In this document: positions 17,301 to 28,891 of the stretch, in pieces
How the letters are laid out: every line of letters starts with the position of its first letter
Numbering within the stretch: position 1 is the stretch's first letter
Assembly (NCBI GenBank): GCA_951406725.2
Contig: OX597816.1
Coordinates: 129,208,001 to 129,272,000, forward strand
Source of the DNA: Octopus vulgaris
Lineage: Eukaryota
Direction of reading: 5' to 3'
Length of the DNA stretch: 64,000 bases
Position numbers and translations under genes: made by a program
Notes under the pieces: generated by a model
The model's input: the letters and a program-made list of their open reading frames with translations, nothing else
Told to the model about the DNA's origin: nothing
Databases searched by the model: none

Positions 17301-18270
17301 GCATCCTCACTATATCTTGTTGGTCATCATCATATTTTTGTACTTTAGCTCTTCCCATTACTTCTGCTTCATTTGCTGAGAATCTATTTACATTTACGCT
17401 TTGCTCTGTGTCTTCACTGCCACCATTCATTTCTCTGTTGTTACTGAGCAAGGTATCTGTTGGTGAAGTATTATTTCTATTTTCTACTTTCATTTTTATC
17501 TCTTCAATTTCTATGTCTGTTAACCACCCTTTTGTTCTTATTGCTTTTGCCTGGTCAACTAACTGTTGCCCACTTATTTCAAAGTGTCCTATTTCATTCC
17601 ATTTTGCTTTCATTCAATGTTGAAATCCCCTTCAACTGGGTTCACTCCTGATTCAGTTTCAATAACTGCTCGGTTTGCCTCCTTATCCCACCCTCATCTC
17701 TGCCTTTGACTTTGTGTACAAGCAGTCTCTGGATGATGACCAAGCCTGTCCTGCTTAACCACAGGACACCCGCTGGATGAAAGGCTTTCACCTTTGGTTC
17801 CAGTCTTATTGTATTTATATTAGACATTTCCACTTAACAATGAGGTATCAAGACACCATATCTAGTAAGATTGTCACCCAAGACAGCAGAGCTCTACCTA
17901 CCCATAAGTTGGGCCTGTTCCTTTCACATTTCTGTGTGTTGGGATCCATAATCAGGATTCTCACTAGGAGTCAGTTGGTCCCATATCTTCATCCAAATAT
18001 TGCTCCAGAATAAAGTCCCAATTCACAGTTCATTTGTCTTCATCCCAGACATGGAGCCATTGGACACTGACAGGTTGTTATCATTGTGACTTAGTAGCCC
18101 TATATCAGAGTGTTCCTTCACCTAGACAGACTGCCAGTCGAAGCTCATGAGTTCCATCTATCCATTTTCAGAATGGCCATTGACTCTTCTGAGTTCCTCT
18201 GCCCTTTGCAGGGTTTGCTTTTAATCCCACAGGGTACTGATAATCCACCCTCCTCACCAAGAAAGCTTAG
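14400..18270 (-). mobile_element. Near-full-length decayed R4/Dong-type (RT + RLE) LINE
   Basis: Fragmented ORFs give NWKSPRPDG, CLPLMWKL, KDQLLI, DYCKAYD.IPH, FMDDLKL, MEFG.SKC, HDQV, ILWD; many stops and frameshifts; 38-bp tandem duplication at 14679-14773; ends approximate. Confidence 0.85.
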
Positions 18271-18344
18271 AGGGGTTACCGATTTAGTTGCCGATGACTC
18301 GGCAGTTTTACAATGCCGCTTGTTAATCATTCTGGGTAATTATT

Positions 18345-18697
18345 TACTTATTTACATTATTTACAATTGACAGATATTTGTCCACATCTTGTTTGTTGTT
18401 AACACAATGTTTCGGCTGATATACCCTCCAGCCTTCATCAGGTATCTTGGGGAAATTTCAAATCTGGGTTCTCATTCCTAAGGCATTTTTCGATGTTGTT
18501 ATTATTCTTATTATTATTCAAGTCACTGCCTAGAATCAAACCCAGAATCTTGGGATTAGTAGCCCATGCTCTTAACCACTACGCCATGTGTTGTGGCTAC
18601 TAACCCCAAGATTCCGAGTTCGATTCTAGGCAGTGACCTGAATAATAATAAAAATGATAATAACAACATCAAAAAATACCTTAGAAATGAGAACCCA
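18345..18697 (-). mobile_element. tRNA-headed HHR SINE: minus-strand unit (18345-18590) plus inverted partial unit (18593-18697)
   Basis: A box TGGCGTAGTGG, B-box-like GGTTTGATTC/AGTTCGATTC, (AAT)n linker, HHR; homologous to 43121-45753. Confidence 0.85.
18401..18446 (-). ncRNA. Minimal type I hammerhead ribozyme motif
   Basis: gatac-CTGATGA-a-ggctg(gagggtatat)cagcc-GAAAC-ATT-gtgtt; family consensus GAAACGTT inferred from the three copies. Confidence 0.75.
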
Positions 18698-18873
18698 GTG
18701 GCGGCGTTGTTGGAGGCGGTGGCAGCGGCAGTGGCAGGGATGGCAGCAGCGGTGGCAGCAGTGGTGGCGGCAATGGTGGTGGCAGCGGTGACAGCAGTGG
18801 TGGCAGCAGTGGTGGCGGCAGCAGCGGCGGTGACATCGGCAGTGGCAGCAACAGTAGCAGCAGCAGCAGTAGC

Positions 18874-18916
<43 letters not shown>

Positions 18917-19130
18917 AGGTAGAAAGCTGGTACAATCATTAGCATATCAGGCAAGTTGCGTAGCAGCATTTTGTCCATTTTTACATTTGCTGTTCAAATT
19001 CTACTGAGATTGAATTTGCCTTTCATCCTTTTTGGTTTCAATGAAATAAGTAACAGTTAAGTACTGGGGTTGACACAATTGATTTCCCCACCCCTCAAAG
19101 TTGTTGGCCTTGAGCCAAAATAAAGAAGGA
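18917..19130 (+). mobile_element. SINE family B (other copies or pieces at 26880-27030, 27809-28020, 47075-47277 minus, 48396-48436)
   Basis: Shared aaggcag.gagctggcagaatc...gttcaaattc...ttgcctttcatccttt...aataagtaccagt...actggggttga. Confidence 0.75.
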
Positions 19131-19382
19131 TTGTTCATGATACATTCTTAACTTCTCTATTCCTTGCTTCTCTTTCTTTTCTTTTTTTTTTTTTTGGTAA
19201 TTTTGTATTCTTCTGAAATGTCTCTAGTTTTCCTTTACTCATCTATCACCAAATTTAATTCCATTATTGCTGTAGATAGCACTTAACTGTGGCATATATT
19301 ATCTGTATTACTAGCAACTATCAATGAGATGCACCTACACAATGTTTATTACACACACACATATACATGTGCGCACACAGAT

Positions 19383-19431
<49 letters not shown>

Positions 19432-19833
19432 TACACACACAAATACACATATTTACATTACTGAATATTTATTCTGCATTGGCATATCTGTCGCTTTGGC
19501 TGAATGACCAGAGGGGTTCATTTCTCAAATGCTACATTAAGGTCAAGAATGTACAGTATGTATGTGTGCTTTGAATATATGTGTTTCATACGTATGTGAA
19601 AGTATAATCACTGTGTATATGTATTTGTGTGTCTGTACACATTTGTATGTGTTTGTGTGACTTTGTGTGAATGTGTGGCTATTTAAGTATTTAGGTTTTA
19701 TTGCATTTTGCTACAGTCATATATTTCGATTTGAAATATGAAGTCTGTGTAATTGAAAGTGGAGGAGAGAAATAGAAAGAGAGAGAGAGAGAGAGATTGT
19801 CTGCATGCACGTGCATGTGTGTGTGTGTGTGTG

Positions 19834-19878
<45 letters not shown>

Positions 19879-20332
19879 ATGTGAGAGGTTGCTTTTAAGT
19901 GTATGTTAAATTCTTTTACTCTTTTACTGATTCCAACCAGTCAGCTGTGGCCTGTTGGTTGTGGCCAATTAACTGGGGCAGTCATACATATATTCATACG
20001 TGTAAGTATATATGTGCGTGTGTGTGTCTGTGTGTGTATATACATACACATATATGTGTGTGTATATATAAATATATATATATACAAATACATATAAATA
20101 TATAAATATATATATATACATATATATATATACATATAAATATATAAATATATATATATACAAATACATATACGCATATCATCATCATCATCATCGTTTA
20201 AGCAGACGTTAAATGATGATGATGTATATATATAGATGTGTATATATATATACATGTACATCTCTCTCTCTCTCTATATATATATATATACACACATATA
20301 TGTGTGTATATAGCTATATATATCTATATATG

Positions 20333-20382
<50 letters not shown>

Positions 20383-20416
20383 CACATATATGTGTATATA
20401 TATGGATGTATATATA

Positions 20417-22560
20417 TCATCATCATCATCGTCATCATTGTTTAACATCCGCTTTCCATGCCGGCATGAGTTGGACGGTTTGACAAAGGGCTGGCAAGCC
20501 AGAAGGCTGCACCATGCTCCAATCTGATCTGGCAAACTTTCTATAGCTGGATGCCCTTCCTAATGCCAACCACTCCAAGAGTGTAGTGGGTGCTTTTTAT
20601 GTGCCACCATCACAACGGCCAGTCAGGCAGTACTGGCATTGACTTCACTTGAATGGTGCTTTTTCATGCCGGCACTGGCAACGACCATGCTCAAATGGTG
20701 CTTTTTATATGTCACTGGCACAGGACCAGTCAGCTGGCACTAGCATCAACAGTGCTCAAATAGTGCTTTTTACATGTCACTGACACGGGTACCAATCAGG
20801 AGGTACTCTCATCCACCATGACAATGACTTCACTTGACTCAACAGGTCTTCGCAAGTGCAGTTTATTGCCCAATGATAGAAGGGTACTCTTAAATGGGTT
20901 GGTTATGCTGCACTGGTATAGGCCACAGTTATGGTCTCACTTGACTTGCCAGGTCTTCACAAGCACAGCATATCTCCAAAGGTCTTGGTCACCTCATCCC
21001 AGGTCTTCCTGAGTCTACCTCTTCTGTAGGTTCCCACAACTGCTAGGGTATGACACTTTTTCACACAGCTGTTATCCATTCGCAACACATGACCATACCA
21101 GCACAGTCTTCTCTCTTGCACATCTGATGCTTCTTATGTCCATCTTTTCTCTCGGGGTGCTTACACTCTGTCATGTATGCACACTAACATTACACATCCA
21201 GTGGAGCATACTAGCTTCATTCCTTGCAAGCTTACGTATGTCTTCAGCAGTCACAGCTCATGTTTCACTGCCTTGTAACATGGCTGTTCAGACACATGCA
21301 TCATACAGTCTACCTTTTACTCTGAGTGAGAGGCCCTTTGTCACCAACAGAGTAGGAGCTCTCTGAACTTTGCCCAGGCTATTCTTATTCTAGCAGATAC
21401 ACTCTCAGAGCATCCACCGCCACTACTGACTTGGTCACCAAGGTAATTGAAGCTATCAACTACTTCTAGTTTTTCTCCTTGGAATGTGGTGGAAGCTGTT
21501 TTCTGTACATTTTCAATGTTTATTGCTCCTGAGCACTTGCCACACACAAAAACTATCTTCCCAGTTAGCCTTCCTTTGATATTGTTCTTCTCATGTGTTC
21601 ATAGCTTACACTGGCTACATCTTGTGGAGTTTTCTACCTATGCCTTTTCTACAGATCAAGCAAGACCATCTACCTGAAGGGATTTGTGATTTGTCTGCCT
21701 TCCTACTTATTAAGACTTTGGTTTTTGCTAGAGTGACTCTAAGGCCTGAAACTTCTCTTCTAGTTCAGATAGTGACTCAGCTATTAGAGTAAGGTCATCA
21801 GCATAGAGAAGCTTCCAGGGTCAGCCTATCGTGAATTCCTCTGTTATTGCCTGGAGGACTGTGATGAATAAGAGGGGGCTGAAGACTGATCCTTGGTGGA
21901 CCCCTACCTCTACCCGGAATTCTTCACTGTACTCATTGCCAACCCTCATCTTACTGACAGCATCCCTGTACATGGCTTGTACAGCTTTCACTAACCACTC
22001 ATCTATTCCTAGTTTTCACATTGACCACCAGATAAGGAATCACGGAACTCTGTCAAAGGCTTTCTCCATGTCAACGAAAGCCAGGTATAGAGGTTTATCT
22101 TTCTCTAGGCATTTCTCCTGCAGCTGTCTTATCAGAAATATAGCATCAGTGGTGTGCTTTTCCCTGGCATAAACCCAAACTGCATCTCATCTAAACTGAC
22201 TCTCTCCTTAATTAGTTGGGCTATGACCCTCTCCGTGACTTTCATTACCTGATCCAGCAACTCGATACCTCTGTAATTATTCGTATCTAATGCATTACCT
22301 TTACCTTTGTAGCAGTTGACTATGGTGCTACTACACCAGTCGTTGGGTATGACTCCTTCATGTATCACCTGATTGAATATACAGGTGACTAGACTATAGC
22401 TGACACCACCAGATATTCTAAGCATCTCTGAGGTGATTCTTGATGGGCTGGGGGCTTTCTCTGTCTTCATACCCTTAATTGCTTTATCTACAAAGGTACC
22501 GTCAATTCAGATAGCTGGTCCCTCTGTTGGGTTGACATTTGGCAAACTCTCTTTCTCCTA
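20417..22560 (-). mobile_element. 5'-truncated decayed RTE LINE (RT + tandem-repeat 3' UTR + (GAT)n tail)
   Basis: IPNDW..., YKGKG.ALD..NYRGI.LL, QFGFMPGKST, FNYLGD..SSGGGC; 3' UTR matches the 1.4 and 28.9 kb pieces. Confidence 0.85.
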
Positions 22561-22604
22561 CTCAGATATACCCACACATGTATGTGTGAGTATCATACTT
22601 TTTA

Positions 22605-22733
22605 GTTGCTTTTACTTTTATATTTGTTTCATTGATGTGGTGCTATGCTTGGACACTGGCTTGAAGGGCCCACTCAAACAAATCATTCCCAGTACTTATT
22701 TTTTTTATTGCTTTCTTTTTCAAGCATGGTATT

Positions 22734-22780
<47 letters not shown>

Positions 22781-23040
22781 CCTCTCTCTCCTTTGCTGAA
22801 CCACCATGTTACAGGGACATAAATGAACCAATACTGGCTGTCAAGCAGTGAGGAGGAAACAAACTCATGCATGTACACACACACACATGCACACACACAC
22901 ACACACACACATGCAAACACATCCATATACATATAATGGGTTTCTTTCAGTTTTCATCTACCAAATCTACTCACAAGTCTTTGGTCAGCCTGGGGCTATA
23001 GAAGAGATTTGCACAAGGTGTTGTGCAATGGGACTGAACA
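22605..23040 (-). mobile_element. SINE family A, decayed
   Basis: Matches the 27226-27634 copy with internal microsatellites. Confidence 0.7.
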
Positions 23041-23509
23041 TATATATATGTTAGGAAAGGCATCTAGCCGTAGAAACATTGCCAGATCAGACTGGGCTTG
23101 GTGCAGCCTTCCAACCCATGCTAGCATGGAAAGCGGATGCTAAACGATGATGATGATGATATATATGGGAGAACTCCATTGGTTGTGAAAACAAGGGTCC
23201 CAGCTGATACAATCGACAGAACAGCTTGCTTGTGAAACTAATGTGCAAGTGGCTGAGCACTTCACAGATATGTATGTGTATCCTTAATGTAGTTCTCAGG
23301 GAGATTTAGCATGACACAGAATGTGACAAGGCTACTCATTTTTGTTAGCTGAGTGGAGTGGAGCAATGTGAAATAAAGTGTCTTGCTCAAGGACATAATG
23401 TGTTAAGCCCCGTGCCTTCACTATATATGTGTGTGTGTGTGTGCATGCGCGTGTATGTGTGTGTGCGTGTGTGTGTATATATATATATAGAGAGAGAGAG
23501 AGAGCGTCG

Positions 23510-23755
23510 CCTTACTGGCACGTAAAAAAATATTCGAACGAGGTCGTTGCCAGTACCGCCTGACTGGCTTCCGTGCCGATGGCACATAAAAGCACCCACT
23601 ACACTCTCAGAGTGGTTGGCATTAGGAAGAGCATCCAGCTGTAGAAACTCTGCCAGATCAAGATTCAAACCTGGTGCAGCCATCTGGTTTGCCAGTCCTC
23701 AGTCAAATCGTCCAACCTATACTATCATGGAAAGCAGACGTTAAACGATGATGAT
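23510..23755 (+). mobile_element. RTE 3' UTR fragment with (GAT)n tail
   Basis: aaaagcacccactacactctc...ggaagagcatccagctgtagaa...gacgttaaacgatgatga. Confidence 0.8.
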
Positions 23756-24379
23756 ATATATATATATATATTAGATTAAATATAGCATAGATAGATAGAT
23801 AGATAGATAGATATTTGGATGTATGGAGAGATTGATGGATGGATGGAAGGGACAGACGGACCAATGAGTGGGTGGCTGGGTGGATAGATGGATAGATGGG
23901 TGGGTGATTGGATGGATGGAAAGATGGATTGATGGATGGACAGGCAAACTGTTGTATATGTTGCTGGATTCATATGATTCATAAGGAGTATATTTCCAGT
24001 GGCCATTGTGTTTGTAGGTCTTCTGTGTCTGTGTGTCCATGTTCATAGTTTTATATATTTCTATATCTGCATCTATTGAAATATATTTCAATGTTTGCAT
24101 TTCTATCAAAGTGGACTGGTATGTGCATGTATTAAAAGAAAAGAAGAGAGAACTTTTGTTTGCTTTGTGAGTTTTTGAAAACAACCCATGTTTGTGTAAA
24201 TAATCCAATTTATTGAATTATTATTGTATGTTCATTTATTTAGAAAAAGGTCAGAGATCGGTATGTAGGGGAGGTCATTCTGACACTATTGCAAATTAAG
24301 CCATTAGATACTATTTGAGAAGGGAAGAGAAAAGGCTGTATTTGGTTTACATGCTGCTACTTTTGATATGCCACTGTGA

Positions 24380-25475
24380 TATTTAAAGATGTACATCCGC
24401 ATGTAAATGTATAAAGAAATTAATTTTGTGTGTTTATTCAATGTTTTGGTTTGTTGTTTTCACATAAATACCATTTTTAGGATGTAGAGATGGTATCGTG
24501 TGTTTGTTGATGCTTTATCTAAGCATCACCACTTATTAATATGGTTTATATTATTATCTTACAAAAATGAAATGTATCTTGCAAGTGTTGTGTCCATTCT
24601 TTGCCATGTCCTAAATGTATAATTATGTTGATAGAGTCTGTTCTTAAACTGATTAGCAGTTATTTCTATATAATAAATGTCATATCTAACAAACATACAT
24701 TCATCAATGTTAGATATGGCAAGGGCTGCATGTATAACTGATTTTCTTTTTTTCTTTTTAAGACATTTACCATTTATTCTATTTACTGTGAAAATGCTTT
24801 GAGAATGGTAACTGCATTTCTCTGTTCTGTTGCCACTTGGGCTTATTCATTATCTTCTTATTAATGGATGCCAGTGTTTGAAAAAAGATTGTTCCTGCCA
24901 AGCAGCTTATTTTGAGTAATTTGGGGTTTAAGGATTTTCTTTACTTAAGTTCAAGGAAAATGGTTGCTTACAAGACAGAGGAAGATTTTACTCATCACGA
25001 TAGTTTTATTTATTGAATATGGTGACTGAAGCCACATGGGTTTTCTTTTGTATTTACTTCCTTTTGGATTGTGTTTATCTATGATATTTAGAGCTTTCTT
25101 TGAAAGCACTAGTTGCCAGTGCATATTTACAAGCATATCATTCATTGAATGAGATTACAGAGATTTATTCACTCAAGTTAGTAGATAAATTTCTAAGAGT
25201 TCATGGTTAGGTAGTTAGAATTATGGCCTACATACAAGATTGATTTGGGGAATTTCAATATAAGATTGAAATTTTTATCATTAAAGATGTATGTTTCATA
25301 TCAAAAATTTATTATTTTGAGGTTATTCTCTGTAATTTTTAGGTTCAAGTCATTGATTGGCTTAGGTGGGATTTATTTCATTTATATACCATCATCGCTG
25401 AAGATACCTATGCTGGTTGCATGAAATTTGTTGCATGTTAAATTAGGAATATTTACACCAATTAGATTTGAAATT
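24380..25475 (-). pseudogene. Penelope-like element remnant: RT catalytic/thumb region, linker, C-terminal GIY-YIG endonuclease
   Basis: Hand translation: IGIFSDDGI (25386-25411, cf. GLYRDDGL), YVGHNSNY, RKPMWLQSPYS..KIFLCLVSNHFP, NGKCL..SVIH.A, YYIEITANQFKNRLYQHNYTFR, TTLARYI..L*DNNI, LNKHTKLIS; 5' end abuts (TA)n. Confidence 0.8.
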
Positions 25476-25487
25476 ATATATATATAA

Positions 25488-25629
25488 TGGTGTATGGTAA
25501 GAAGCTTGCTTCCCAGCCACATGGTTCTAGGCTCAGTCCCATCTTGGACAAGTGTCTTCAGCTATAGCCTCAGACCAACCAAAGCCTTGTAAGTGGATTT
25601 GGTAAATGAAAACTAAAGAGGCCCATTGT

Positions 25630-25716
<87 letters not shown>

Positions 25717-25965
25717 AATATGTATGTGTGTGTATATAAGTGTGTCTTTATATCTGCACTGTCCCCTACCACTGCTTGACAACTGGTGTTGGTGTGCTTA
25801 CATCCCCATAACTTAGTGATTCAATAAAAGAGACTGATAGAATAAGTACCAGGCTTTAAAAAAAAGTTCTGGGTTTGATATATTCAACTAAACATTCTTC
25901 AAGATGATGCTCCAACATGGTCACAGCCTAATGACTGAAATAAGTAAAAAGTAAAAGGTAAAAGA
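25488..25965 (+). mobile_element. SINE family A, full length
   Basis: tRNA-like head, ttggacaagtgtcttc core, internal (TA)/(GATA)n, 3' gtaaaag repeats. Confidence 0.85.
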
Positions 25966-27225
25966 ATGTGCGTGTGTGTGTTTGCCTCGTTGATATGATA
26001 TTGCATGATAATTATAAATAAGAGTCACCGTCATATGATCAGTGTGTGTCATTTCCACTATTTCGTGAAAACATAACTGGCCATGAGAAAATATTACCTT
26101 GCTGGGAAATAGATAAGGGCTTGCAAAAAACAAAACATCTGGCTGTGGAAAATCAACCTTAATGAATTTCATCTGACCAATGGAAACATGGAAAAGTGGA
26201 TGTTATGATGATGATGATGATGACAACGACAACGATGACAGAGGCTGCGGCGGTGGCAGCAGTGGTGGTAGTACCTGTGCTTGTGCTGGTGCTGGTATAT
26301 TATAGTCCTAACAATAGATTCCTGCAGTGTAAAAAATCTGCCACACTGTGAAAGGGAGATGGTAGAAATGTGTATCCAACAGACATTCAAATGAATTCTG
26401 TTGGTACTAAGAAAGTGCTGGTTTCCAACAAAAAAATCAAAGCTCCATTGCTGGAATTTAGATAACAACAATCCTAAATGTTAACAGTTAACTTTTATAA
26501 AAGTGTCAAATATTTTTACTGTTTCACTTGCAAATTTATTCTGTTAATTGGCATTTTTCCTTGCATGAAAATCCAGCTTTTTTCAGTTTGTCATTTAACA
26601 TCTCCTAACGTAGCTAAGTGCTTCAATAATTATTTGTGTAGATGTGAATTTCTATTCAAGATAGAGAAGCAGCAGGTTTCAAAGCAGCTGGCCATAAATA
26701 TTCTCCTACTCATCAGTTTGGAGGAGATATTCACATCTGCAGAGCAGCGGACCCCTATGGCTGTACTTGATTTTATTTTTCCTTTCCCAACCAACCATAT
26801 CATTCCTATAACAACTACACGTGACAGTTTTTATAGAAACAGACCACCAGTATTCCTTGTGTTGATATGTATGTCGATATTTTATGTTCTGAGTCCAAAT
26901 TCCACTGAATTCAACTTTGCTTTTCATCCTTTCTGTGTCAATAAATTAAGTACCAGTCAAGTACTGGGGTTGATGTGATTGTCTATCCCACCTCTCCCGA
27001 ATTTTAGCCCTTGTGCTATAGTTGAAAGGATATGTATGTAGATATTTAATAACAAGTATACTGAATTATCCAAAAAAGTCTTAGGAATAGTACCTTGATA
27101 ACATTTTTGGGCAGCTATTGATGGAATGGATAATGTCTTCTGAAAAGAAGAGCATAATGTATATTTCGGATTGCATCTTGACGATTTCAGAGTGTCACTG
27201 TGTTATTTTTTATTTGTTTGTTTGC

Positions 27226-27634
27226 TTACTCTTTTACTCTTTTACTTGTTTCAGTCATTTGACTGCAGCCATGCTGGAGCACCGCCTTTAGTCGAGCAAA
27301 TCGACCCCAGGACTTATTCTTTGTAAGCCCAATACTTATTCTATCGGTCTCTTTTGCTGAACCGCTAAGTGACGGGGATGTAAACACACCAGCATCGGTT
27401 GTCAAGCAATGCTAGAGGGACAAACACAGACACACAAACATATACACACACATACATATATATATATATACATATATACGATAGGCTTCTTTCTGTTTCT
27501 GTCTACCAAATCCACTCACAAGGCTTTAGTCAGTCCGAGGCTATAGCAGAAGACACTTGCCCAAGATGCCACGCAGTGGGACTGAACCCAGAACCATGTG
27601 GTTGGTTAGCAAGCTACTTACCACACAGCCACTC
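27226..27634 (-). mobile_element. SINE family A, full length, little decayed
   Basis: Complete head-to-tail match; (gtaaaaga)n tail; 23-bp duplication of the 5' end at 27645-27667. Confidence 0.9.
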
Positions 27635-28371
27635 ATGCGCCTATAGCTACTTACCACACAGCCACTCCTGCACTTGTTTGTCTTTTTTCCTTTTTGTTCA
27701 TTCTTCTGATCTTAAATGGCAAAAACATAACCTTTGAGATATGATATGATATAATGGTCACAAGTCCAAGAGAGGTTATACATCATTTTATTAGTATCAT
27801 TATTTTATAAGGCAGTAAGCTGGCAGAATCGTTCGCATGCCAGGCAAAATGCTTAACAGCATTTCATCTGTCTTCATGTTCTGAGTTCAGATTCTACTGA
27901 GATCATCTTTACCTTTCATCCTTTCAGCATCAATAAAACAAGTACCAGTTGTGCACTGGGGTTGATGCAATCAGCTTACCCCTTCCCCTGAAATCGCTGA
28001 CCTTGTGCCAAACTTTCAAATCAATGTTGTCATTATCTTCAAGTTTACAGGAAGCATTTTCATGTATAACCTCTTGTGATATACAAAATGTTTCTTCTCC
28101 AGGTTTTTCGGCAATGCCTAGAAGTCCTGAAATTCTGGGTTTGCATGAGAAATCATCAGGAAGTGAATAACTTTTGAGATGTCCACTTTAATCCAAAGGA
28201 TACCATTTCTTCATTTCTTCATTTTCAGTACATGGTTGATGTATTATTTTTACTGCATTTCTTTAACAGATACTAAAAAATGTATGCATCCATGTGTGTG
28301 TGTGTGTGTATGTGTGCACGTGTGTGTGTGCATGCATGCACATACATGCCTTTATGCAAGTATACATACAT

Positions 28372-28412
<41 letters not shown>

Positions 28413-28427
28413 TATATATATGTGTGT

Positions 28428-28494
<67 letters not shown>

Positions 28495-28582
28495 ATGTAT
28501 GTATATGCATATACATATATATATGTATATCGGTATATATGCATATATATATATATATATACATGTGTGTATATATATATAC

Positions 28583-28800
28583 ACCATGAATCGCCATGTT
28601 GATTCGTTAGCTACTGCACGCATTTTTTTTCTCTCCTTCTTTCTGTGTTTTCTCTCTCTGTGTATCTTTCTGTTGAAGAGCGTAGGCTCGAAACGTTAAA
28701 GACTTGTTTTATTTATATTTCCTGAGCGCCATACTAATACAATTGTTCGTTTGTTTTCCACCTGCCTTCGTCTTTTGTTTATTTTCATAAAGCTTCCCGT
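28583..28800 (+). mobile_element. Short HHR-bearing repeat (CUGUNGA family) between (TA)n tracts
   Basis: Homologous to 49905-50083 and 865-1070; (TA)n on both sides. Confidence 0.75.
28665..28702 (+). ncRNA. Minimal type I hammerhead motif with core variant CUGUUGA
   Basis: tcttt-CTGTTGA-a-gagc(gtag)gctc-GAAAC-GTT-aaaga: perfect stems I and II, palindromic AACGTT stem III. Confidence 0.75.
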
Positions 28801-28832
<32 letters not shown>

Positions 28833-28891
28833 TATATATTTATATGCATATATATGTGTATGTGAGTGTGTTGCATGTATATATATATATA

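Noticed and set aside
18240-18335. Twister- or HDV-like ribozyme near the R4 LINE 5' end
   Set aside because: Only loose word similarity (actgccg, aagc, ggagggtgg); required pseudoknots could not be built by eye.
25395-25436. ctgaaga...atgc/gcat-gaaa HHR-like pattern on plus strand
   Set aside because: Stems I and III do not form; it is the antisense of the PLE RT catalytic motif.
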